Of a DNA stretch of 64,000 nucleotides, positions 20,250-30,058 are shown piece after piece. A model generated the notes under the pieces. It made no database searches, was not told where the DNA came from, and was given only the letters and a program-made list of their open reading frames with translations. This DNA comes from Escherichia coli (lineage in GTDB: Bacteria; Pseudomonadota; Gammaproteobacteria; Enterobacterales; Enterobacteriaceae). Where the stretch lies: NCBI RefSeq assembly GCF_030013595.1, contig NZ_CP122768.1, one strand, 5' to 3'. A program made the translations under genes and the position numbers. Numbering within the stretch: position 1 is the stretch's first letter; each line of letters opens with the position of its first letter.

Positions 20250-23200
20250 TTAAGAAACAGTAATACCGGTAGTTGCTTTTTTAGTTACCATTACCGTTAA
20301 ATCACTGATCCATGTGCTAGGCGTCCAGTTGTTGATTGCGCTTGATTGCACTTCAAAGGTCAAGGTCACAGCACCCTTACCCGCTGGCATATCAATAACA
20401 CCTGAGTAAAGACCAGTATTACCGCCATACGCCCTATTATACAACTCTGACCCATTCTTACGAACAATCAGGCGACAGGTGTCGTAATAGGTATTATTGT
20501 TCGACCCTTCACGCGCTCGCAATCCACCAAAACTAACAGCCGGAATAACGATTTGACGATCGAACTTGTGATCATCTTCAACGCGAACAGTGACCGTACC
20601 TTGTGGATAGCCAGCATAACCATTATCAACGTTAACATCACGATGCGGGAACTTACGTCCAATCACCTTAACGAAATCACCCTTAACCTGAGTAGCTTCA
20701 AGCATACCCTTAATAACACAGCTAGAGTTAATCGTGACGTTGTTCAGAGTACCAGAATCGGCAGTGATATTACCTTTAACGGTTGCATTCATGAACGTAG
20801 CGGACCCGTTCTTGTTGATATGCCATCCGGTAGATCCGTTCCAGTCGGAAGACTGGATATAGTTACCAATTTTAGCGTTATCAATTGCGCCATTTACAAT
20901 CTTGGCGTTGGTGATCGCGCCGTCTTGGATTTTCGCTGAATTGATCGCAGCATTGCCAATTTTAGCCGTGGTGATACTAGCATCAGTAATCTGTGCTGAT
21001 CCGATTGAGGCATTACGAATCATGGCACTGTCGAGATAAACCTTGTTACCTTCGATACCAAACGGGCATACTTCCGATCCGTTCTGTGGAGCTACCGCGA
21101 TTTTATCAGCATTAAAGATGATTCTCGTCGGTTGCGCCGGATCGTTGGTTGCGCTCATGTGAATACCAGCCACGCGACCATCTGCATTAACTGCCAGATT
21201 ATATTTGCTGTTAATGGTTCCTTTCAAAGCATCGATTTTTACATCTGCTTCCTGATTCACGCCAGCAATCTTGCCATCCATTTCTACCCGAACTTGATCA
21301 ATCTTGCTTGCGCTTGCTGCCTCACTGGTAGCAATTGCTTGTTTCAGGGTAGTAGCAGATGCGCTGACTTCGGATTTAATATCGCCTTTCAGTTCAGCTT
21401 TAACCTGATCAATCTTAGTGGAGCTAGCTTGCTCGCTGGTAGCAATCAGACTCTTTAAGGTATTGGCTGAGGCTTGGACCGTCTGCCCTGTTTCGGTAGT
21501 GATTTGCTTATGCATTGCATCAATTTTAGCATCGGCATTAGCGCCAGCTTGAGCAATAGCATCCGCGATAGTTTCATCTAAGCGGTCTTGTAAACCAATC
21601 AGGTCTTCCAGTGCTTCTTTGTCCTGATCGTCCCAGCTAATTGTAGATCTCATTTGCATGAAATAAGGTTCAGACCAAACAGCATCATCCATACCGAAAA
21701 TATCGTAGTGAGCACCACGGATATAATAATCACCGTCAGCAATATCAAAGGAAGTATGGCTAACACTATTCGTGCTTACTGCCCTTGCATCGGAGAAAGT
21801 GTTATCGGTTGCATACTGGATGATTGACCCTGCATAATCATGTTCTACGTCATCTGCCCAGCTAACAAACACACTATTAAAGCCACCACGCGCACTAAAA
21901 CCTTTCATTGGCTTATGTTGTGGGTTGATAGCCACTAAACGCGCTGGGGCGCTCTCTGAGTTGTTATAGCCCTTAGCCGATACTTCTACCGTCAGTTGAC
22001 GCGAAAGGCCGTTAAACTGGTTCATATCAAGCGTATAAGTCCATGATTCAGGATCGCGGGTACGGTACTGAATAGACTTACCAGCCTTGTTAGTCACCTT
22101 GATAATGTATGCTTCAAACAGGTCACTAAACTTGTTAGTTTCACCGTTGATCTCAACATCTAATTGTTGCTGATTTTCCCATTCGATAATCAGATCATTA
22201 CCTTCGAAAGTTCCTGGCGTGCTACCCTGATTTTTGATTCGAATAACCGGAGTCGGCAATTCATAGGTAACAGTCGGATTCTGGTTAATCAGTTCTACCC
22301 ACTCGGAACGAGCAATAATACCGAAAGCACAAACTCGGTAATCATAAGAGCGATCTTTCGCCAGTGCATTGACACTGAAAATTTGCTGTGAAGTCTGTCC
22401 CAGCTTAATCCAGTTAGGCGATCCGCTTACACGGTAATCAATCTGGAAACCATAACGGTTAAAATCTTCCGGTGCATCCCATGTCAAAGTAACGTTTTTA
22501 CCGTAAATCGTCTCACCAGTTGCCTTAATCCTGAAATTAGTAGGCTTCTGTACTGTCATTGAATCCGGTAAACCACTTGGTCTATTGTCTGGAGTTGCCG
22601 CATAGTTCAGGTCAGTATAAACCTGAGAATTATATTCTGTGGCGGTGATAGTCATCATCCCAGCAATACCAGAATCAATCGAGCGATCAATTGCAGTAAT
22701 ACGCCATAAGGAATTATTCAGCTTCAATTCATCATAGGTTACGCTGATAACGTCCCAAACTTCGGCAGTGAATGCGTCAGTAGTCATAAAGCTGATAACC
22801 TGAGTGATACGAGATTTATTTCGCTCAATGCTCGCGAGTTTATCAATCTGATCTTTAGACTTAACAAAACGATATTCAATATCTTTAGCGATAATTCGAC
22901 CATCTTGACGAATAGTAGCATCGTTTTCAGCATCAGCCGGATAACGTAGCATTTGCTCTGAATAGTCAATTGATGGTTCTTGATACATCGCGTTAATGGT
23001 ATTGAAATAACCGTTAGTGCCACCTGTTTTCAGTGATACCTTACCCATCATGATATTGTCTTCATTGAAGGTATGCTTAACAATATCAGGAGCATCCAGT
23101 TTCAGCGTAATACGTCCAAAGGATTCGAACATCACCCCGCCGAAAGTCTGCATAAGATTAGTCAAGTTCTCTTTAAAGCTGGCGTTCGGATCACATGCAC

Positions 23201-24026
23201 CGTTTGAATGTAGATCCATCTGGCGTACTTGTTTACGTACTTTCAGGAATGAATCAACGTTAATGTTTTCAATTGGTACAGATAAGCCATATTTTTCATT
23301 TGTTAGGTAGTGGAAAATCTGGTCCACGCCGTTAGTGCTAGCCTCAATAGCATTAGTTTCAAGGTTACGAATCTTTAAGCCCATAACATCGACTGCTACC
23401 TGGCTATTTGGCTGGAGAATATCAACACCAGCAGCAAGAGATTTGTCATCACGACGTAACACAATACACATGGTTGCAATACCATTGCCTTTGTAGTTGT
23501 CGTTCCAGTCTGATCCTAAATGACGTTTTGCCAGTGACAAAGCGGTGTTAGGATTCTTACCCGTGCGAAACTCAACTTCTAAAACTTTCCGGTATTCTTC
23601 TTTAATGTTGCCTTTGTCCAGTACACCATCACGGATCGTCATGTTCTTACCAACAAGAACATTTTTGTTATCGATAAACAGTGCTTTGTAATGGTCGATT
23701 TCACCCTCGGCAATTGCGAAGATTTGCACTAACTTATTGTTTTCTTGCTTAGAAATTGCTTTGTAAACGCAGATTGCACCCGTGCGGGTAGTACCAAAAA
23801 GAACGGGTAATACTGTCTTCGGATCGTTTGATGTTCCTAGTGTCACCGCATTATCTGGGCTTTGTACTTTCGGTGTTTTTGGTGCGCCTACAGTGGAAGC
23901 GATCAAGGTCATTGCACCAGCAGCCATACCGATAGCGACTGCGGTCATAACCGAAAATGTTGCGGCTGCCGCCATCCCCGCCGAAGCACCAGCAATAACC
24001 GCGCCTACCAATACTTCAAATCCCAT
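20250..24026 (-). CDS. Central tail fibre / host-specificity protein (lambda J-like), 1258 aa
   Basis: Size and position after the K/L/M-like genes. N-terminal J-type region, FN3-like middle, and repeated I-T-x-A-K-I motifs near the C-terminus. Confidence 0.7.
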   Translation of the reverse strand: MGFEVLVGAVIAGASAGMAAAATFSVMTAVAIGMAAGAMTLIASTVGAPKTPKVQSPDNAVTLGTSNDPKTVLPVLFGTTRTGAICVYKAISKQENNKLVQIFAIAEGEIDHYKALFIDNKNVLVGKNMTIRDGVLDKGNIKEEYRKVLEVEFRTGKNPNTALSLAKRHLGSDWNDNYKGNGIATMCIVLRRDDKSLAAGVDILQPNSQVAVDVMGLKIRNLETNAIEASTNGVDQIFHYLTNEKYGLSVPIENINVDSFLKVRKQVRQMDLHSNGACDPNASFKENLTNLMQTFGGVMFESFGRITLKLDAPDIVKHTFNEDNIMMGKVSLKTGGTNGYFNTINAMYQEPSIDYSEQMLRYPADAENDATIRQDGRIIAKDIEYRFVKSKDQIDKLASIERNKSRITQVISFMTTDAFTAEVWDVISVTYDELKLNNSLWRITAIDRSIDSGIAGMMTITATEYNSQVYTDLNYAATPDNRPSGLPDSMTVQKPTNFRIKATGETIYGKNVTLTWDAPEDFNRYGFQIDYRVSGSPNWIKLGQTSQQIFSVNALAKDRSYDYRVCAFGIIARSEWVELINQNPTVTYELPTPVIRIKNQGSTPGTFEGNDLIIEWENQQQLDVEINGETNKFSDLFEAYIIKVTNKAGKSIQYRTRDPESWTYTLDMNQFNGLSRQLTVEVSAKGYNNSESAPARLVAINPQHKPMKGFSARGGFNSVFVSWADDVEHDYAGSIIQYATDNTFSDARAVSTNSVSHTSFDIADGDYYIRGAHYDIFGMDDAVWSEPYFMQMRSTISWDDQDKEALEDLIGLQDRLDETIADAIAQAGANADAKIDAMHKQITTETGQTVQASANTLKSLIATSEQASSTKIDQVKAELKGDIKSEVSASATTLKQAIATSEAASASKIDQVRVEMDGKIAGVNQEADVKIDALKGTINSKYNLAVNADGRVAGIHMSATNDPAQPTRIIFNADKIAVAPQNGSEVCPFGIEGNKVYLDSAMIRNASIGSAQITDASITTAKIGNAAINSAKIQDGAITNAKIVNGAIDNAKIGNYIQSSDWNGSTGWHINKNGSATFMNATVKGNITADSGTLNNVTINSSCVIKGMLEATQVKGDFVKVIGRKFPHRDVNVDNGYAGYPQGTVTVRVEDDHKFDRQIVIPAVSFGGLRAREGSNNNTYYDTCRLIVRKNGSELYNRAYGGNTGLYSGVIDMPAGKGAVTLTFEVQSSAINNWTPSTWISDLTVMVTKKATTGITVS

Positions 24027-24445
24027 TATTCACCCCCGAATCTATAAACTTGTTCATAGTCAATGTCTGAAACAGGAATGGTCATCCAGATACCATCTTC
24101 TTCAACGAGGCCATAACCGGAATAATGAGGAACTACGGAATAATAATTACGGTTTCCTAATTTGTGGGCTGTGACCAGTAAGTCGCCGTCCTGTAAATCA
24201 TCAGTGACTAATTTGAAATGTTTCTTAATTGGTTGAAGGATATTTGAATACCCGCTTAATTCTTTGCAGATTTTCAAACCTTCTTCTTTAGTTGAATATT
24301 TTTTATAAAGAGAATTATATAGGTCAGTACCAGCGAGAATATCGATGATCTTACATGCAATTAGATTGCAATCATTCTCACCCTGAACGAACTCCTGACC
24401 TATTAAAGAATTGATGTAATCGGTGATAAGCCTAGTTTTTAGCAT
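24026..24445 (-). CDS. Tail assembly protein, NlpC/P60-like (lambda K-like)
   Basis: Start at MLKTRL (GGAGG 7 nt upstream). Has a GENDCNLIACK catalytic-Cys-like context. Sits directly upstream of the J-like gene. Confidence 0.5.
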   Translation of the reverse strand: MLKTRLITDYINSLIGQEFVQGENDCNLIACKIIDILAGTDLYNSLYKKYSTKEEGLKICKELSGYSNILQPIKKHFKLVTDDLQDGDLLVTAHKLGNRNYYSVVPHYSGYGLVEEDGIWMTIPVSDIDYEQVYRFGGE

Positions 24446-24491
24446 GTTGAATACCTCCATGCTGTTATTTACTAGGCTTAGGGAGAAGGGA

Positions 24492-25145
24492 TTATTTCTT
24501 CGATGAATGCCACTTGCTTTCGCTATTCCACTTCCCGGCTCGGGAGAAGAATAGATCGTTCTCGTTTCCGGCATAGGAACGGTGGATACCATCGGAGGCA
24601 TGACTACGAGCGTTTTTATCTAGAACTTCCCAGATACTATTAAGCTGAAATTCTGATTCGTTTTTACACTCATCATCTTCATGTTCGATGTTAATCCCGA
24701 TGGAATCGACTACCCCACGGAAAACAGGGTAAGTAGTTTCAACCTTGCCCGTGTTGGGGTTAAGGAAAACCATCTCGATTTTCACATCAGATTTATCGAA
24801 TTGCTTGTTTCGAATTAGGGTAATGTATTCTTCGCGAACGTTAGAAACGGTTACGTTAATCCCGTTGTTGTTGATCTCCTTCTCTTCGGTATTCGATGAG
24901 ATTTGAAGAAAATCACCCGTTGCGAGATACGTAAATCCGTTATAGTCCAAATCGAAATACCCATCTGTAAGCCGTAGAACGTCCCCTGACGCTGTTATCA
25001 CTTCGATAATGTGAAACATCGATCCAGTGGAAAAAAGCTGCGGTAGCGTCAATCTAGACACGTTCTGACCTGTCTGGTCGTTGTAGACCTCGATGAAGTC
25101 CAGATTAGTGCATAGTTTGCTGAATGATTCTTGAATAGTTGCCAT
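24492..25145 (-). CDS. Minor tail protein (lambda L-like position)
   Basis: 217 aa. Called on gene order only (TMP, M-like, L-like, K-like, J-like). Confidence 0.4.
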   Translation of the reverse strand: MATIQESFSKLCTNLDFIEVYNDQTGQNVSRLTLPQLFSTGSMFHIIEVITASGDVLRLTDGYFDLDYNGFTYLATGDFLQISSNTEEKEINNNGINVTVSNVREEYITLIRNKQFDKSDVKIEMVFLNPNTGKVETTYPVFRGVVDSIGINIEHEDDECKNESEFQLNSIWEVLDKNARSHASDGIHRSYAGNENDLFFSRAGKWNSESKWHSSKK

Positions 25146-25705
25146 TATACATTCTCCACTAATTCAAATTTCATCTTGCCAATCTGGGCGATCTTCCAAT
25201 CGATATTTTCAGTTTTGAGAACAAATTCACCTTCTACGTTTTGATACTTGATCACCTCACCCGCCAGGACGTTTTGACGCAAGTTAGGGAAGAGTTTCAT
25301 TTCACCACCTGATTTCACGTCTTCGGTGATCGTGTAGATTTTCTTGTGGTTCTCAAACTGGATGATAGTTCCTGCTTTCAGTGTTCCGGTGAAGTTGGAG
25401 AGTCTCACCTTACGCCCACCGCGAGCAGTACCAGCAGCAGCCGTTACCATCTGGCGTACATCACCTGTATATTTTGAAAAGTAAGACAGTGGCACATTGA
25501 AAGGACGACCAAAAAGGTGACGTGCTACAAATTCTTTTACTTCGTTAATATCCTGAGCCATGTAATTCGCGGTAAATTCTGCTTCGTAAAAATGGATGCC
25601 AGTAAAGCGACGCTGGAACTTACCAGAAATAGATTGCGCCTTAAAGAAAGGCTGTTTTGATTTAAGAGTAAAATCTGTGATTTTAATATTCTTGGATTTG
25701 AACAT
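25145..25705 (-). CDS. Distal tail / minor tail protein (lambda M-like position)
   Basis: Start at MFKSKNIKITDF, preceded by GGGGGG that forms the 3' arm of hairpin 25711-25752. Confidence 0.4.
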   Translation of the reverse strand: MFKSKNIKITDFTLKSKQPFFKAQSISGKFQRRFTGIHFYEAEFTANYMAQDINEVKEFVARHLFGRPFNVPLSYFSKYTGDVRQMVTAAAGTARGGRKVRLSNFTGTLKAGTIIQFENHKKIYTITEDVKSGGEMKLFPNLRQNVLAGEVIKYQNVEGEFVLKTENIDWKIAQIGKMKFELVENV

Positions 25706-25756
25706 AGAAAAGCCCCCCATAGTTTTATGATTATTTATGACTATGGGGGCTTTTAA

Positions 25757-28111
25757 TTACATCTTACGGCGTTGTGCGTCTTCTACCGCCTGAGCAACTA
25801 ACTTAGCGTGACGTTTGATAGCATCCATGACCATCTTGTCTGAGCTATTAACGTTGCCGTTAATGTTCAAAGGCGCATTAACTTCAATCGGTTGAGAGTT
25901 GCCACCGCCTGATTTTTGAGCAGCAAGGAAGTCTTTCAAATCACCGTTAGTACGCTGATCAACTACTCGTTCACCCTTATCAAGCAACCATGTACCCTCA
26001 CGAGGGATGTTATCAATACCATCATGAGCCATACCGCTAACGTTAGTAGACTTGATGTTGGCGATGCTCCCCATGTTCTGAGAAACAGCCAATGCAGCAG
26101 CCGCGATTTTTTGACCTGTGGTTACGTTGGTCGGATCGTTCCATGCATCGGTAGCAGCCGTCCACATGTTCACCGTCGCTTGTCCAATAGAGAATGCTTT
26201 ATGAGCAGTGAAAGCCATCTGCATAGCTTTAGTGTTTTCCTGCCCGAAGAGAGTCATTGCAGCAGCAAAACCGCCATACATATCATCAGCTATTGACTGA
26301 CGAGCATCAGCATATTTCTTCTCAATTGCAGCCATTCGTTTTTGATGGTTTTCATTGAGTTTTTCTAATTCTTCCATCCGTTTAGCCGGATCGGTGATCC
26401 CATCAATCTTGATTTTACCGGTCTTATAATCTTGTTCCGCTTCCGATTTCTCTTTATCGATTGCATTAAATTTAGCAAACGGATCATTTGGATCTTGATA
26501 GTCTAAGCTATTGGTCAACTGATTGGTTTTAAAACCATCCATTCCATGCAAAGAATCTTCAATCTGTGAATAACTTTGCTCGGTATCATTCACACGACGC
26601 ATATATTCTTCGTAGGAGATAGCTTTACCATCAAGTAACCGTTTATGGCTTTCTAACTCGTTGTCCCTGATTTGTTGCAAAACTGTTAAGGCATTCAAAG
26701 CATCAACCGGATCAGCACCCAGCATCATTTTATAGATGTTTTCTGCGTTCTGGTCTAACAGTTGCTGACGTTTAGCGGCTGCGTCTTGCTGTGAGATTAA
26801 GCCCAGATCTAAAGCAGTGTCCAAATCTTTCAAGCTGGCTTCTAACTGCTTGTTTTGAGAAGCAATAGACGCGGCTGTCTGTCCTTGCAATTTAACATCA
26901 AGAGCATTCAGTCGCTTGATTGCATCCTCGCGTGCTTTCTGTGCTTTTTCTGCGGCTTCCTTAGCCTTTTTAGCTGCCTCTTCCGCTTTCTTCTTGGCTT
27001 CTTCTTGTTCTTTTTTTGTTGGACCAGTGACGCCTCCACCTTGACCCGTTGGGGTAAATCCAGTATCCGATTTATTTCCAGTGATAGTAATTACCGGATC
27101 GCCGTTTTTATCACGGGTAACTCCTTCACTATCCACCCAACGATCAGGATAATTTGGTTTATTGTTGAAGCTGGCTTGTCCACCTGCTAGACCAGTAGAA
27201 CTATAACCATGCTTGTTAATAAAACCACCGTTAGCCATAGCCATATTCTGGCGAGCTTTTTCAAACCTTTCATTAAACGTCTTTAATGCGTTGAATAAAG
27301 CGGTCTTTTCCCAATCTTTATCAAACCAGTTGTATAACTTGTTCATCCCTTCAACAACTGGATTTAGCGCATTTGCTGCCATACCCTTTAAGTTATCGGT
27401 AAGGGTATCCATATTTTTAGAGAATTTATTATATTCTTCGGCTGTATCATTGGTGATTTTAACAGTTTGCTGATTAATGGCGTTTACAGCTTCCTGATAA
27501 GATCCGTATTTCTGCAATTCATCAGCCATATGACTTGAATCACTGGCTAACGATTCCATCATAAACTTAACATCAGCGATAGACGCACCAGCCTTGCGCA
27601 TATCATAGAAGACCTTGATTGCCGCTTTCATCCCGCCTTGTGGATCGTTCATAAACTCGGCATAATCTTTAATCTTCAAACCTACACTTTCTAGGTCGTC
27701 TTCAATACCGCCACCGTTACGCCATGCATCAGCCAGTTTATCTAAGGTGTCTTTGTTAATATCACCAAATTTCTCAACGGTTAAGCCAGTGCCAGAGAAT
27801 TGCTTCTCTAATTTCTGGAGTGTTTCGACGGTTAAACCAGTTGCTTTTGAAACTTCGCTGTATTCCTTTACATAATCACCGATGGCATTTGCAGCAGAGA
27901 CAGCACCAGCAGCCAGACCAACAAAACCACCAGCAGCCAAAGCAAGCGATCCACCAGTTCCGCGAAGGGTTCCACTTAAACTAGATAAACCACCAGACAA
28001 ATCAAGATTCATTGCCCTTTCTGAAAGGTTATCAAGCATGTCAATCGCTTGGTTGGTACTTCTCCTTAGACCGTCGTTATTCCCTTCTATTGTTACTATA
28101 TGTCTTGTCAT
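25757..28111 (-). CDS. Tape measure protein, 784 aa
   Basis: Long, Ala/Gly/Lys-rich and coiled-coil. Follows the G/T chaperone pair. Confidence 0.8.
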   Translation of the reverse strand: MTRHIVTIEGNNDGLRRSTNQAIDMLDNLSERAMNLDLSGGLSSLSGTLRGTGGSLALAAGGFVGLAAGAVSAANAIGDYVKEYSEVSKATGLTVETLQKLEKQFSGTGLTVEKFGDINKDTLDKLADAWRNGGGIEDDLESVGLKIKDYAEFMNDPQGGMKAAIKVFYDMRKAGASIADVKFMMESLASDSSHMADELQKYGSYQEAVNAINQQTVKITNDTAEEYNKFSKNMDTLTDNLKGMAANALNPVVEGMNKLYNWFDKDWEKTALFNALKTFNERFEKARQNMAMANGGFINKHGYSSTGLAGGQASFNNKPNYPDRWVDSEGVTRDKNGDPVITITGNKSDTGFTPTGQGGGVTGPTKKEQEEAKKKAEEAAKKAKEAAEKAQKAREDAIKRLNALDVKLQGQTAASIASQNKQLEASLKDLDTALDLGLISQQDAAAKRQQLLDQNAENIYKMMLGADPVDALNALTVLQQIRDNELESHKRLLDGKAISYEEYMRRVNDTEQSYSQIEDSLHGMDGFKTNQLTNSLDYQDPNDPFAKFNAIDKEKSEAEQDYKTGKIKIDGITDPAKRMEELEKLNENHQKRMAAIEKKYADARQSIADDMYGGFAAAMTLFGQENTKAMQMAFTAHKAFSIGQATVNMWTAATDAWNDPTNVTTGQKIAAAALAVSQNMGSIANIKSTNVSGMAHDGIDNIPREGTWLLDKGERVVDQRTNGDLKDFLAAQKSGGGNSQPIEVNAPLNINGNVNSSDKMVMDAIKRHAKLVAQAVEDAQRRKM

Positions 28112-28114
28112 AAA

Positions 28115-28465
28115 TTACCCCGTTTGTGCGCTTCTGAGTTTCTCAAGCAAAGATGGATCGAACATGTTCAGCATTGCCGCTTTACGTTCTTCTTCTTTCT
28201 TGCGTGCAATTTCTTCCAGTTCTTCTTTAGTTTTAAAGAGTTTTTCTTCTCTAATTAATTGGAATTGGCTAGGCTTGAGTTTGCGTGCAGTTTCGCGAGT
28301 CATTCCTTGTGACGTCATATACATGGAATATTGCAACATCGCATTCTGCATATCATGAAACGCGGGGCTTTGTGGTTCTAAGTAGGTGTCGAAAATGTAT
28401 AATTTCCAAAACAGAGTGATTGGCATATTATCCATTTCATCTTTACTAAGCCCCGATCGCATCAT
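28115..28465 (-). CDS. Tail assembly chaperone T-part (probably expressed as a G-T fusion by -1 frameshift)
   Basis: Its frame is -1 relative to 28495-28803 and stays open upstream across that ORF's stop codon. Confidence 0.55.
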   Translation of the reverse strand: MMRSGLSKDEMDNMPITLFWKLYIFDTYLEPQSPAFHDMQNAMLQYSMYMTSQGMTRETARKLKPSQFQLIREEKLFKTKEELEEIARKKEEERKAAMLNMFDPSLLEKLRSAQTG

Positions 28466-28494
28466 TTGCCGGAAATAGAAATTCAGAAGCGGGT

Positions 28495-28803
28495 TTACTT
28501 TACCTCGTTTTCAATTACTGCCGGATCTTGCATCAATGACGCTTGAGCAACCAAACCGATTAATTCACTACGGACGTTAGTATACAGTGCCTTAACTTGT
28601 TCCATAGATTCAAATACTGGTTTACCGTCTTCATCTTCAATACAACGAAGAATAGAACGTTCATCACGGTCTTCTTTATCAGTATTGAAAACATGTTCGT
28701 TAAATTCTTTTACTGACATAGGGCGAGCATAGAACGTGAATCCGCCGATGGTCAGAGATTCACGTTTCGGAGAAAGAGCTTTCAGCATTTCATTAATATT
28801 CAT
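28495..28803 (-). CDS. Tail assembly chaperone (lambda G-like)
   Basis: 102-aa acidic protein immediately upstream of the T frame and TMP. Confidence 0.6.
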   Translation of the reverse strand: MNINEMLKALSPKRESLTIGGFTFYARPMSVKEFNEHVFNTDKEDRDERSILRCIEDEDGKPVFESMEQVKALYTNVRSELIGLVAQASLMQDPAVIENEVK

Positions 28804-28845
28804 TCTTGTTTCCTCTTAAGTTAATTCGATATGTTTATTTAGAAT

Positions 28846-29352
28846 TTAAGAGATTTTCAAAGTCTGCTTAGTGCCAGTCTTCTTAATGTTGGTAAGGAAA
28901 GCAGCCGGAGGATTGCTTAACCAGTAATAATGAAAACCACTTTGCATACTGTTATAAGGAACAGTGACAGCAGCACCACCCAAATTAACGGTTATATTCC
29001 CCGCTCTACCGTTCTGGAGATATACAGCCATAGTAGGAGTACCACCATTGAATTGACCAACGATAACGCCAATCAGACGCCCTACGCCCACGTTTTCGGG
29101 GTTCTCCATAGATCCTTTACCGCGCATGTCAGTTACTGGATAGTTTGAAGCAGTTACACCCCAGTTATTACCCAATGAAGTAGACCACGCAGCAGTAGCT
29201 ACAACCGTATCCATACCACGACCACACATCGCGCTCATATTACCAGGTACACCAACTTTTAACGCTTGCATAGCCTCACGCATCCATCTCTTGCCAGTTA
29301 CAGAAACAGCCGATGATCCGACCCAGCCGGGCTTATTAACGACATTTGCCAT
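28846..29352 (-). CDS. Hypothetical tail-region protein, 168 aa
   Basis: ORF with a GGAG SD, located downstream of the terminator that follows the tail-tube gene. Confidence 0.5.
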   Translation of the reverse strand: MANVVNKPGWVGSSAVSVTGKRWMREAMQALKVGVPGNMSAMCGRGMDTVVATAAWSTSLGNNWGVTASNYPVTDMRGKGSMENPENVGVGRLIGVIVGQFNGGTPTMAVYLQNGRAGNITVNLGGAAVTVPYNSMQSGFHYYWLSNPPAAFLTNIKKTGTKQTLKIS

Positions 29353-29367
29353 TTTTATTACTCCAAT

Positions 29368-29395
29368 AAAAAAGCCCCACCATTAAGGCAGGGCT
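29368..29395 (-). terminator. Rho-independent terminator (module copy 1 of 3)
   Basis: Minus strand reads AGCCCTGCC-ttaat-GGTGGGGCT followed by TTTTTT. Confidence 0.75.
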
Positions 29396-29400
29396 TATAA

Positions 29401-29526
29401 TTAATCTTTAGCCTTGCGGCTTCGTTTAGCTGTGGCTTTCGCCGTAACAACCTCTAATTCTGGAATCACCACCGCTTCATGTTCCGGCTGTGGTTCCGGT
29501 TCTATTAAAGGAAGTTCTTCGTTAGT
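29401..29526 (-). other. In-frame 41-codon extension after the TGA of the tail-tube gene (candidate readthrough domain)
   Basis: Hand translation gives TNEELPLIEPEPQPEHEAVVIPELEVVTAKATAKRSRKAKD-TAA. It shares blocks with 35200-35286. Confidence 0.5.
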
Positions 29527-30003
29527 TCATCCGGCAGTATTGAAGATTTCCTGTTTCAGCGGTTTGCCGTCCACTGCAAAGGTAAACTCTTTAGTTACCA
29601 CTTCTTCATCGCCACCGTTCATAGCAACTTTAGAAATAAAGCCGTTGAAAGCGGTGCGAATACCAGTCTGTTTTCCGGCGTCAACATAATACTCTATTTT
29701 GATTTGTACTCTTGTGCCGTCTTCGGCAGCTTTGATCAATTTTTCGTGGACACTATCCCCGGGGATGTAATTCACCGTAAGAGTCAGATCAGGAACATTC
29801 AGTTTACCTACTAGTTTACGGTTATACTGAGAAGAGAAGGATTTAACTTCTACAGTACCGCGCTCGATACCAGTTTCAGGAAAACCAGCACACTCTTTAA
29901 TTTCTTCATAGCCCTCATGGTTGAGAGTGGTGTTAGTGGTATCGGCGTGATAGAACAGACTTACCAGACCACCAGTAAAAATATCTTTAAATTGCTGAGA
30001 CAT
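29527..30003 (-). CDS. Major tail tube protein, 158 aa
   Basis: Small and strongly codon-optimised. Lies upstream of the chaperones and TMP and is followed by a terminator. Paralogous to the N-terminal half of 33598-34431. Confidence 0.6.
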   Translation of the reverse strand: MSQQFKDIFTGGLVSLFYHADTTNTTLNHEGYEEIKECAGFPETGIERGTVEVKSFSSQYNRKLVGKLNVPDLTLTVNYIPGDSVHEKLIKAAEDGTRVQIKIEYYVDAGKQTGIRTAFNGFISKVAMNGGDEEVVTKEFTFAVDGKPLKQEIFNTAG

Positions 30004-30058
30004 AGAATTACCCCTTAATTAAATTGTTATTACGGGGGAACTAGTCCCCCGACTTTTA

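Noticed and set aside
24446-24601. Upstream extension of the K-like ORF (track start at 24601), overlapping the L-like gene by 110 nt
   Set aside because: The internal ATG at 24445 has a GGAGG SD and gives a compact gene. The extension translates to Pro/Ser-rich sequence that overlaps the preceding gene.
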